DNA of 63,638 nucleotides, the filler included, from Atractiella rhizophila (Eukaryota): NCBI GenBank assembly GCA_021432655.1. It is 4 parts of 4 records of this genome, joined end to end, with 100 filler letters (N's around TTAATTAATTAA, not from the genome) between each part and the next. Parts side by side here need not be neighbours in the genome. Positions count along the whole stretch, not along the records: positions 1 to 25,464 come from MU271771.1; 3 more parts are not named here. The stretch is one strand, 5' to 3'. The notes below the pieces were generated by a model. The model searched no databases and had not been told where the DNA came from. It worked only from the letters and a program-made list of their open reading frames with translations. Shown here piece after piece: positions 1 to 10,936 of this stretch. The first letter of the stretch is position 1; every line of letters begins with the position of its first letter. Position numbers and translations under genes: made by a program.

Positions 1-2307
1 ACCTTATCACGATCCCGAGTTTCGGTCTTTTTCCAGAATTTATCAGCCACAAGGCGCAGAATCCAGTTTTTGTCTTGACTTCCAATGGGACACTGGACGT
101 CTTCATCAATATTCGCGTTTCTCGAAGCCGATCGGCGTGCCCGAGAGCAATTAAGAGGCATTCTTGGTTGCGCGGTAGTCACCCTCTCGTGCTGTAAATC
201 GCCGACTTTTCAGTCGAAAACATCTGTTTCAGTCGGTTATTCAATCCATTACAGAATAATCCGCGATCAAGCTGTGGATAACCCAGTAGATTAACACGGG
301 GTTCGGGTGGAAGACCAAAATGAGAGTGATGACACTTGTTCTAGAGTACCTTCGCAAGATCTGTCCGAATCGCATGTTTTGACCTTGCTCATTGCAACTC
401 ATAGACTGGTATAAAAGGGCACTCTATGCCACCTCATGCTCTATGTCATTATCATTTGTCTTGAATACCCTCTTTGACGAAATCGCCTAACATCTTCGGC
501 CTTAACGCCACATTTCCTCTACCTCTTCCCTTTGTCAATATCCAGAACGAATAGCCTGTGTGTGGCCTTGTCGTTGATTTTGGTGACAAGCTTAATTTCC
601 GAGTTACTCTCACTTTCACCTCAAGGTTGTGCGCCGAGTTTGACCAGCCAGTTATTGCGTTTGGGTCCGTGCCCACAGGAGCTGCTCTTTTTGTCACGAG
701 CAGGAAGTTCAGAGCGCCTTTCAATTTGGAAAACCTTTTGGGCACTTTCGACGCTTGGCCGTTATTCTCACAATGAAACTGTAGAGGCATTGATTCCGAC
801 ATTTTTCGTTCTTTCGCTATTTCCCTCTGCTATCTTGCGGCATTCTTTCAAAATGGACAAGGTTGTTTAGAAAGGGCTCAGAGGGGCTGCCTTGTGATGC
901 TTGAGGGAGACTGTGACGCGACCAGCGGAGACCAGTCGGGATCCGTCGACTCGTTCGACCTCTTCCCGACTGCTTCGCCTCATGTCACTCCCCCAACTCC
1001 GCTGAAAACCTTCGTGGCTAAACACGCCGTCTTTTCCCTTCAATTACCGTTTTACGGCGTATCTTATTGTAATCTGTGTCTACTTTCGACAGGATTAGTC
1101 GCCTGATAGCTTTCAAATCATCCTAGGCGGCTGTCAGGCTGTAGGGGTGGTCCGGGGGACAAAGGCAATCACCTTTCACTGGCTCGGCCAGCAACTTGCA
1201 GGAAGCTTGGTCACCCGGTATCCGATATCGCGCCACTGTTAACTAAAAGATGTCTGCAAAAAGAAACACCTCCTTGGAGAGGAGTTGGTAATCATTCAGT
1301 TCGATTCTTGACCGGACTGACCTTGGTTAGACGCAGCGTCCAACCCCATTATTTGAATAACTTTCGCTCGTGCGATGGAACGACAGGGAACGATACTTGC
1401 TTAGTATGATGATGACTCCACTTTACCCTGAAAAGCCTTCAGGAGTTCCGTCAGACTGATGTTGACAGAGTTGACAACAGAGTTTTGAATGGACACTGTA
1501 CGTCAAAACAGAAACTGCCAATCTTTATCCGTTTGTCGTGGTTGGTGTCAAATTGTGACTGAATGTGGGACTGAATTCGACGGAGTCCTTTGCCTTTCAA
1601 ACTTTCCTGGAGCAGCCTGGAAACAAGAAATACCGAGCAACATACATGCATGGCTGTCAATCACGTCTTCATGTTAGCCGAGCTCTGTGTACCACTTTTG
1701 GCTACTGTTACCCTGTTTTTTTTCCCTCTTGCCTGGTCGCTGCGCCTTTCATCCGTTACTTGCTCAGTCTGCTTGTTTCTGGCGCAATTCTGGCCCCAGT
1801 TTCTCTTTCCTTTGTTCTTACTTTGTTCCAGCTCCCTTGGCCTGGTGTGGATCTCAGTCGAATCAAGAGCATGATCTGAGTTAGCCCAAGGTTATCTCGC
1901 ATTCCTGTGGCTTCAGTCGAGATCTAGCAAGATTGCGAATAAGCTTTGGAAGCACACGGGTGAAGGCCGCGGCGGAAATCAATGGGAAACTTAACCCCGA
2001 TGGCAAGCAAGGCCCAATTGCAGACGACGACGAAGAGCGAGGGTCCTTCGTTGTTGGATTTGGATCCCCCCACTGCCTTTCAGTTCACCTGGCTGTCCAT
2101 TGCCCCTGGCTGCTCCGGACTTGCACAAGGGAAACCAACTCGCGCTTTCCGAATCATCCACGGCCACGATCAGGGGGTATAAAAAGCTCGGCCCTGGCTG
2201 TCTTGTTGCCCTTACGATCGACCAACAGCGAACCACCTGATTCATCATCCCATACCTTCCAGACAGGTCAAGACGTCCCCTCCTCATACCTCCACAAATA
2301 AGATACC

Positions 2308-3103
2308 ATGGCTGCTTCTGGAACGAAACCATCTCGCGTTGTGATCAACCCTTTGTCACGAAATCAGGCTTGCCAAAACTGCAAGCAACGGAAAATGTGG
2401 GTCTCTCAGGCTCCCTCGCTCTCACTCGCTCTCTTCGGGCTATGTCCGCTGACGCTGCTTTGCATGTGCAGACGATGTGGTGGTCAAAGACCAATTTGCG
2501 AATCCTGTGTAAAGTTTGCAACGGCAAGAGGAGAGGTGAGTCCCTTGTCCTTGTTGAATGACGTGGGCGCATTCTGATTCGCGCAATTCAAGGACCCTGC
2601 AAACTACTGCTTCTACTTGAGTGAACCAAAGCCTAAGGCTGGAGAGAAAAAGAGAACCTCTTCAGCAGAGGAGAAGGGTTCGTCTCATTCCGTTGGTTTC
2701 CGCTCGGCTCACTCGCTCTCACACAGCCATCAAACAAGCCGTCCCGATCACAGGAAATCGTTTAGCTGCGCGGGCCAGCCCTCAATCCACACCGTCACCC
2801 ACAGAGGATCATTACGTTTATCCCACATATTCTCAAACAGGATATGCCCCAAACAATACCTATCAGTCCAGCGGGTCCAATTACTCTTCCTCTCCCCTTT
2901 CTTCAGACGGCTTGACCTATCACCCTTACTACCAACCTGCGACGTACGCGACCCCCACGTCCCATCAATTCAACCCTTCGTCTTATCCTCTGCACCCAAT
3001 GGACTACGCTCAGTACACGACAGAAGAAGTGCGTAACTACTACGCAGATTCAGATCCTGCTTGGTCTGCCTCTTCCAGGGACCAGCAGAATCAACGTCGT
3101 TAA
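2308..3103 (+). CDS. Small Zn(II)2Cys6 (GAL4-type) transcription factor, 3 introns
   Basis: Splicing introns 2397-2471, 2536-2592 and a third near 2678-2738 gives LSRNQACQNCKQRKIRCGGQRPICESCVKFATARGEDPANYCFY (six Cys), followed by a Tyr/Ser/Pro-rich tail ending at TAA 3103. TATAAAA at about 2178. Confidence 0.88.
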
Positions 3104-3929
3104 ATGTTCTTACACGTGTCAAGAATGCGACGAGCTGAAGTGATGTTATTTTCGTTTTGTTTTCCTTTGTATTACCATTGACAAAAGTGAATCACGCGGA
3201 GTAGTAATTCCCCTGTTAATCTGTTTTCTGTCTCAAGTATTGAATCATGGCCATTTTTGTCGCGCCACATTCAGTCATTGTTATACAAATAGTTTGTTGC
3301 GTGTACACTACTCGAGGTAATCCATCCCACATCCTTATCGATCAGTAATTCGGGGTACTCCTATCTTTTGGGATTCGTGAATCTGAAGTCGCACATCAGT
3401 GCACCAAGTTGCACCTTCTCTTTGTCCTTCACGTCCCGACTTGACCTTATTCCCCCTCATTCCCCCTCCCGCATCATGGCCTATCATGCTTCCTTCACTG
3501 TCTACGCGCACACACGGGATCCCTTGATTTCACAGCATAATTTACAGAAACTATACTTCAAGAAAGGATAAAATACACGCGCCCATAAACTGGTGAAGGA
3601 GAGAATCGAACGAAAATTCTGAATCCCAACACGACTCGAGACTGCTGGCACTACAGAGGCGACGGTAAAGACATACGACTATCCCTATCGAATTAACTTG
3701 TTGAAAACCATCGGAAGGATTAAACGTGACAGAGGCAAGGCTGTCGACTGAAGTCTGAGGGTATCGCTTCAAAGAGGAGCAAGGGAGTCTCTACGGCAAT
3801 AAAAGGCATAAGGCAGCGGTGTCGAAGGGACGAAGAACGAAATAAACGAATGGTCGTGTTACTGGTAGAAATGGATAGAGGCAAAGCGCAGACGGGGCGT
3901 CAGAGTTGAAGATAAGTAGGGCGGATGTA

Positions 3930-5940
3930 TCAGTCGATACTCAATCGACTGGGATTATTTATGCTGCCACTGATGCTCCCAAGTGGTAAATGGGCCGCCC
4001 CCTTCATATCAGCCTCGTATGCCTTCTCGGCTTTACTTCGAGCATGGTGGGTGACTAAGCCACGAGTACCCCGTCAAATCTGAAAGGAATGTGAAAGGAG
4101 AAAGCACGCACGGTGGAATTTAAGCTCTTTCCCGAAGTTCATCAAACACATGTATGCAATCCATACTGTGATGAGCAGTAATATGAGAGACAGTGCAGCT
4201 ATCAATCGGGTGTCAGGCAGATTTCGGTCGAAAGTGCTGAATACATACCAAAGACGGTTAAACTCTTGAAAACGAGCGCATAGTCCGTGTCGCGTTTATG
4301 ATAAATGCGGAAGAGCTGCATCAAATATCAAACACATCAAAATAATCCACAGAGACGGCAGAAAGGATCGGCATAGACGGACCTTGAAAGCAAAATAAGC
4401 TGCTCCGAGCGCACAACTGGCAATGAATCCAATCATGAGTTTCTTGTTCTCCCTCCTCACCGCTATCGCACCCGCGAATAGCCCGATGAGGATGATGGGA
4501 ATGGCAGCGATCGTGAGGTAACGTTCGAAATCTTTTAGGTTTTCGACGAGAAGAACGAGTTGGAGTGAGAAGGAGATAAAGAAGAAGTAATCTGTGTCAA
4601 CGGACAAACATCACTACTGGTGTGAACGAGGAGGACAATGAAGGCGCGGGCTGAGGAGGAAAGCGCACCGAATTTGAGGAGGCAGATGAAAACTTGGTAC
4701 CACATGTACATCTTCTTGAGCGTACGATCAGCACCAATCTTCTTATAGATCTATCGCCCCACCACAAACATCATTCGCCGAGACACAATAAAAGAAGACA
4801 GGCGTTGCGCACCTGCCAACCGAATTCACGGAAGATGAACCATGTCAAGGCAAGAAATGCAACCTCAGCAACGGCTATCATCCTGGAGTATCATTGCCAT
4901 CCGAAATTCAGTCCTGATGCTGTCGGTGGATTCAATAGAAACATACACTGGAATCACGGTTACCAGTCCGGTCACGTCGTCTTCAGGGAAGAAATCTCGG
5001 ATTTCGCCAACCTGTACGAACAACCACGAGGCGTCAGTGTCTGGCTATTTAAAGGAAATTGCTGATAAAAGGAGTCGAGGAGAGCAGTTTCAATCTCCGC
5101 CATTTGTCAACAACTCGATCCACAACGGCAGAACTAGATGTATATCTCTAGTATAACACATGGCCAATCCTTGATCCTCCCTACTTCATGATGAAGACAT
5201 AGAGAGGAAGGGCACACACCTGAATGACACTATACGCCAAGAAAGCAGCGTTGAAGGCACAGAGTCCCATGATCTGAATCGTATTCTTATTCCTGATGCC
5301 TTCGATGGCAAGGAAGAGCTGAAAGAAATGAGCCAAAACAAAGATGCCTATCCGAGCAACACAAACCGAATCAGGATGGGACGACCTCGAGATACAGATA
5401 GTGTGAAAGTGAGAGAGGAAAGAGACGCACCCAGATAAACAGGTAGAACCTGATCATTCTCATGAATCGTTTCTGCTCTCGCATTCGAAGGAGGAGCTCG
5501 GGGCAAGAGGTCCATTGACGGCGAAAGATTCCGCCGGTGTTTTTGGAAGGTGTTGAGATGCGACAGCACTCCGCCTCCCACCGCTCCTCCCACGGCACGA
5601 GCCACCCGTTTCCCACCTGCGACGTTGTTCGAAATCACAGGCAGCCAGCGCTTTCCCACCTCCGATGCTGATGATGATGCTATTGAGGAGGCGGAAGTGA
5701 GGAATTTGCTCCCACCATCCGCTGATGAGACGGCGAAGACGTTCCGAAGCTCGAACTTGTTCAGAAGGATGGCTTCAATGGTGATGTCTACAATCGTTTC
5801 GATGATGGTTATGAGGACGAATAGACGGGTGGAGAGTGTCGGGGGAATGAGCTGTCACGATTCAACGAGATAGTTCAACATTTGACTCTGACACATGAGA
5901 GGGGAGAGTGAGTGGAACGCACTGCCTGTAAGCGGGCCAT
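3930..5940 (-). CDS. UPF0658-family multi-pass (Golgi-type) membrane protein, multi-exon
   Basis: Spliced MARLQA|LIPPTLSTRLFVLITIIETIVDITIE...VLPVYLG|IFVLAHFFQLFLAIEGIRNKNTIQIMGLCAFN...GAIAVRRENKKLM...YFAFK...CLMNFGKELK...SRLSID*. The KNTIQ, AVRREN and NFG motifs match UPF0658 proteins as I recall them. Confidence 0.75.
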
Positions 5941-7527
5941 AGTGTATGTTGAAAGAGAGGAAGGTATGGCGGAAGCTGAGGGAAGTAAATGGCTCAGGAC
6001 ACAACACCATCGCAAGCAGTAGAAGAGACTCACAACCCGTCAAACGAAACCGTAACAACAGAGATTACCACTATCTAGTCTTTCGCCCAAATGTTCCAAT
6101 ATTTCAAACCCTCCCGAAGAATAGTGTGCTGGTGTTATCCTCTCCTTTTCAACCCCAGATTCTCGGCGCGATACAACTCTCCTGAAGCTGTGATTGCCGA
6201 GGCGTAGAAACTAGGTGGCCAGAAGGAGTGTGTTGGAATGAGAAGTCTGTGGGTAAGTGAGAGGCTGGACGTGTGAGTGCGTAGGGAGTGCTGGTCGAGA
6301 TGCTGAGAGGATCGGCACACTTAGGAAAGTGCGAAGTTGTCGATTGGCCGTATTTGCGCTGGTAGAAGCTGCGGGAACAAATATTGACAACTACCGCTTT
6401 TCAACACTCGGCAACGCGACAACGACTCAATCGCTTTTACTTTCTTTCACTTGACAACACGACTAGGGACAGTTAGCACCTCTGAGCGCGTGCTTGGATC
6501 CGTCCCCAATTCTTTCTTCGCTCACATGAATCGACGTCGATTCGATTCACATCTTCCAGCGGATCGTTATTGAAAAGTTGGTATTCGACGGAAGATGAAG
6601 CCACCGAGTTCGCGAGTCCTCTCAATCGCTATTATGAGAATGAAATTTCAAGGTGTGATGGGGAGGCCGATGTCGAGATGGACGTCATTCATTTTGCGTG
6701 TGAGGCGCACACTTGGAAATTGAAGGTGCCAGCGCTATTTCGTTTATGAACCAGACCAGCACAAGAACTGTTATGACGTTCCCCGTTGCGATTCCCGTGG
6801 ATCTCCAAGGCCTATGACAGCGTCACGAATGTCTTGCCCCCTGTAAAAGCGCAAGAAAACCGTTGTTTTGATTGCGATCCCGGTGGTATAACACGTTACC
6901 GTGCGTGCAAAGGACATCAATGATAATCTCGTTGATGCGGAACTGCGTAAGATTCACAGACTGTGCAACGCCAGTTGGAATGCTGGTTTAGAAAGGTACT
7001 GAGCTTGCACTTCTTTGAAACTTTTCATGCTCTAACTTAGCGGCACACCAAAGGTAATGGCAAAACATTTTAAACATGATTCCTGTTTATTCCACTATCA
7101 AAGCTATGCAGCACAGTCTTTGGTAGAAACCCTATCAAAATGTGTGCACATCTTTGTAGATGTGTCATTTACTGCCTTTAAATGACCAAACTCATTACAT
7201 GATTTCAAAGATGGACAAAGTAGAGAATTTTTTGGGTGTTGGCTTGGCATTGCAGTATTTTACTGGAAGTGTGATGGCTTCATCAATGCAAGGTCATGTA
7301 GATTTGTGCTTGCAACTTAATGGCCACACCAGGCAGCTTCTAGTCTAAAGTGTAACACTACAATCTGTTAAAGTTCAAGGTAAGAATTTTGGTAGTAAAC
7401 ATATTATCATTGTAGATACAACCTATGACCAATTTCTTTCAACTGAAATATAAAAAATGGTTATGTTGCAAATATAAAAATTGGACTTGTGCTATAGAAA
7501 ATTGTATTGGAGCTTACATGTCCTCAA

Positions 7528-8354
7528 TGTTAAGGCTGACACTATGTATGGTCGCTGATGGGCAATGCATCTGTAGTGGAGATAAACCTAAGAGCATGAT
7601 ATGACATGAGTGTTAGGGCTGACACTATGTGTGGTCGCTGATAGGCGATGTGTCTGTAGTGGAGATAAACCTAAGGGCATGATATGACATGAAGACTAGC
7701 GTGTAGTGGAGATAAACCTAAGAGAATACTCTAAGGTCACCTCCACTACTCTCTGATCTATATATACAAGCGGAATAACACTGCCACAGAGCGTAGAGGA
7801 GAGCAGATGAAACATGTAAGAGAACTAAAAGGGGAAGTGACAGTGGGATTACGTGGAGTTAATAAGAGGAGGATAGGCACAGTTGGGCTAAGTTGTGATG
7901 TAGGTGCAAATGGGCGATGGGTGCTGATTCGCAGGGAACGCAAATGGGCGATAGGAGACGCGATCCGGCGCATGGGCGCCGATTTGCGTAAGATGCAAAC
8001 CTGACAATGAGAAGACTAACCGGTGGAGATAAACCTAAAAGAATACTCTGAGGTCACGTCCACTACTCTCCGATCTATATACAAGCGGAATAACACTACC
8101 ACAAAGTGTAGAGGAGAGCAGACAAAACATTTAAGAGAACTAAAATGGGAAAGGGACAGGGGGATTATGTGGAGTTAATAGGAGGAGAATAGACACAATT
8201 GGGCTAAGTGGTGATGAGAGCGCAATGGGTGACAGGGAGACGCAGAGTGGCAATGGGGTGCCGATGAGGATAGAATGCAAACGGGCAAACAGGCACTGAT
8301 TCGTGGGAATGTAAATGGGCAATAGGAGATGCAATCTGGTGAATGGGTGCTGAT
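7528..8354. mobile_element. Older, CpG-decayed LTR copy interrupted by a younger LTR of the same family (right end uncertain)
   Basis: 7528-7610 (TGTTAAGGCTGACACTATG...) plus 8012-8354 together align colinearly to the inner element 7611-8006. Confidence 0.75.
7611..8006. mobile_element. Solo LTR (~396 bp) of an LTR retrotransposon with 5-bp target-site duplication ATGAG
   Basis: Starts TGTTAGG and ends CCTGACA (TG...CA with a 7-bp imperfect inverted repeat). ATGAG at 7606-7610 and 8007-8011. Internal TATATATA and a repeated GTAGTGGAGATAAACCTAAG unit. Confidence 0.88.
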
Positions 8355-8461
8355 CAGCCAGTACAAGTTGGTTTTCTGCAGTACGATTCAACTAATGTGA
8401 TATTTGCAAAGACACATCATTCTTATAGTACATCAGTATGTTCCCAAAGGCCACTATCACA

Positions 8462-10936
8462 CTATTTCTGATCATCATGATGAGACACCTTTATTCTCTT
8501 CCTTTTACGCATCTCCATATGAGTTACAATTGCCAATCCTTGTGTTTGTTTTGCCTCCTCTACCAAACATGCCCAACAACATTCTCGACCCTGCATCACA
8601 CATCCAACTGGGGCAAAGCTAAGGGTGATATTCCACAACAATGGACAACCTGCAACGAGGGCAACATTGACGACCAAATCATCCGAAGCCAGAGTGTGTC
8701 CAGCCCCTCTTGAAGAATCCAAAGACTTAAAGGAGCCTGAGGCAGTGCTGACTTTGATGGGCTCTTGATCAGGTCTAGTTGCAAGATTGCTTGCAGTGTC
8801 TGTCAATTTCATCTCCCTTGTCCAACTCTGGACAATTTCATCAAATGTCCAGGAGATAACCGTCTTGGGCTCTAGCTGTGTACTTCTGCTGTGTGCACAA
8901 GGTGGTGTTTCACGGGCCATCATTTGGCCAAGATAAACAGCCGCAGGGTCGAATCCACGTGTGGAGCCTGGTGTACAAACAACTGCCATGATTCGGTAGA
9001 GCTCATTGACATTGGAGAGGATTATGGTGACGACAGTCGGCTCTGTAACTTGATGCTCAGGTGCCTCTGTAAGACTCTCAGTCACAGGAACATGGTCAAT
9101 CTCGGCATGAGATGCTCCTTGTGATTGAACAATGGCTGTATCGGACGATATCCCAGAGATCACACCATTGACAGTTTTGACTGCCCAAGATCGCTCAAGT
9201 GAGAAATGTTGGTCGAGTTGAAACCAGACAGGCACAATAGTTCTTGAACCTGCAGTCCAGAAAAGCATCTCACTTCCAGCTGTTGGCAAATCCTTCTCAT
9301 CCGCTGATCCCAAGTCCCAGGGTAACCCTGTGATAGCTGAACAAGCTGTCCGGAACCAGGCATTCCAAGTAATCTTTCCTATGCTTGCAATCTCCCACAA
9401 TAAGTTTACCGTTGCATCAAAGAGGCTTTGACCTGACTGCTGATCATACAGTTGCGAAACATCCTCTGCACCAGCAGCTTCTGCCATTGCATGCGCCACA
9501 AACAACAGCACCTCAGTTAGCATCACCAACTGTAGGCATCCCTTATCATAAATGTATTCCTTGCGATCAGCACAACCACAAGTGCAGCGGTCTCGAACTT
9601 GGAACCTGGCAGTTTGGAGTTCAGGATACATTTCGAGTACACGATCGAATGACATCTCCTGTTTCCAGGAGGCATCCTGCCAGGATTCCTGGTGTGAGCC
9701 AGGGTTGAGTAGATCATCATCGCATTGCTCCATGTCATCATTATGGAGAGGATCGTACAATGGACGAAGAGGGGGATTTGCAGCCGTCCGCAAGGTCAGC
9801 TGCAGCAATGTGGGAGTTGTGTCAATCCAACTCTGAAATGGCATGGACCGCTCTGTGCCTTCAGGAACAATAAAGAGTGCTAGCTCCGTAGATCTTGGAA
9901 TCACTTGGAGATGCAGGACAGAGCGAACAATATCCTGTGCCGCAATTTTTGCAACCCTCCGATCCACCGGCGTGAGGTCTAAGTATTTTGTTACCCTGTA
10001 ATTCGCAAAATCATAAAGTTTTCGACGACATGAGCGCATCTGAAAGCCGACATTTGGGTCGGTGGAACCCTGGTAGATTGATGTGCCAGCTTGCAAAGGT
10101 GATGAATGGGCTGTGCTGATTGAGACTGATGATAGATGCTTGCTGTCATTGCAGTCTGTGTTCTCACAGGCACCGGTAATCATAAACATGAGTTTGGGCA
10201 ACGTGTTTGAAGGGATAACAGTGGCACCAGCATTGCCTGAGAAAAATATGATGCGGTTTTTATAGCTGACCTCAATGCTGCCAGCCCAGTGATATAAAAG
10301 CCACATGAGCAAATCGATCGGGCAGTATTCAGCACAGACAACAAGGTTGTCCTGTTCGTGCTGGCGAATCGCAATGACTGCGTCAGCAAGGGCTTCAGCT
10401 GCCATATAATGTTTCGCAACCTGGGCCAGTTCCTGTGGGGGTTGCGGGAAACTACGCAAGTGAAGTGCAATGCTTGACACCATCTTGGTGATAACTGGGC
10501 GGATGCGTGTTTCAAAGACGACCCAATGCCTTTTATCCACCTGGGCGAGAATGATTCGGGTGAGCAGATGGACAACGTAGTCTAGATCGTGGTAGCTCAT
10601 AGCGACCGCTTCAGTCATCGCCATCCACTGCAGATGAATGCTGGACAGGATAGTCTGCCCCAGCGCGCGAGGTTGGACAAGATTGAGTCCGAATGTGCGA
10701 TTGGCAGTTGTCACTTGATCATCCAGCAGATCCACGCCAGTTTTGTTCGGATGAGCGAAATCCTTCACGAGTTCCAGGGTGGTGGAGAGACTCTCCCTAT
10801 TAACACCTTCTCTTCCTATCCATTCGCAAAGCTCCACTGACCAGCTGATGATCGGAGTTGCCAGAGGTCCTGCAAAGAGATCGATTACTCTGGCCGATAA
10901 ATCTAATCCTTTCGCGGCAATAGTAATGCCCGCCAT
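8462..10936 (-). CDS. Intronless 824-aa hypothetical protein with Cys/His clusters (RCTCGC, CAHS, CCWAC)
   Basis: Single 2475-bp ORF from ATG to stop with globular amino-acid composition. No recognisable named domain. Confidence 0.85.
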   Translation of the reverse strand: MAGITIAAKGLDLSARVIDLFAGPLATPIISWSVELCEWIGREGVNRESLSTTLELVKDFAHPNKTGVDLLDDQVTTANRTFGLNLVQPRALGQTILSSIHLQWMAMTEAVAMSYHDLDYVVHLLTRIILAQVDKRHWVVFETRIRPVITKMVSSIALHLRSFPQPPQELAQVAKHYMAAEALADAVIAIRQHEQDNLVVCAEYCPIDLLMWLLYHWAGSIEVSYKNRIIFFSGNAGATVIPSNTLPKLMFMITGACENTDCNDSKHLSSVSISTAHSSPLQAGTSIYQGSTDPNVGFQMRSCRRKLYDFANYRVTKYLDLTPVDRRVAKIAAQDIVRSVLHLQVIPRSTELALFIVPEGTERSMPFQSWIDTTPTLLQLTLRTAANPPLRPLYDPLHNDDMEQCDDDLLNPGSHQESWQDASWKQEMSFDRVLEMYPELQTARFQVRDRCTCGCADRKEYIYDKGCLQLVMLTEVLLFVAHAMAEAAGAEDVSQLYDQQSGQSLFDATVNLLWEIASIGKITWNAWFRTACSAITGLPWDLGSADEKDLPTAGSEMLFWTAGSRTIVPVWFQLDQHFSLERSWAVKTVNGVISGISSDTAIVQSQGASHAEIDHVPVTESLTEAPEHQVTEPTVVTIILSNVNELYRIMAVVCTPGSTRGFDPAAVYLGQMMARETPPCAHSRSTQLEPKTVISWTFDEIVQSWTREMKLTDTASNLATRPDQEPIKVSTASGSFKSLDSSRGAGHTLASDDLVVNVALVAGCPLLWNITLSFAPVGCVMQGRECCWACLVEEAKQTQGLAIVTHMEMRKRKRIKVSHHDDQK

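Noticed and set aside
1..1900. Short ORFs including 452-802 (-) and an open minus frame at 1-190
   Set aside because: No recognisable motifs or consistent splice model. Could be a gene edge or decayed sequence.
6528..6543. 16-bp palindrome GAATCGACGTCGATTC
   Set aside because: About one such palindrome is expected by chance in 64 kb, and there is no supporting context.
7572..8040. Four copies of GTGGAGATAAACCTAA resembling a CRISPR-like array
   Set aside because: Spacing is irregular and the spacers are homologous. Explained by LTR sub-repeats and nesting in a eukaryote.
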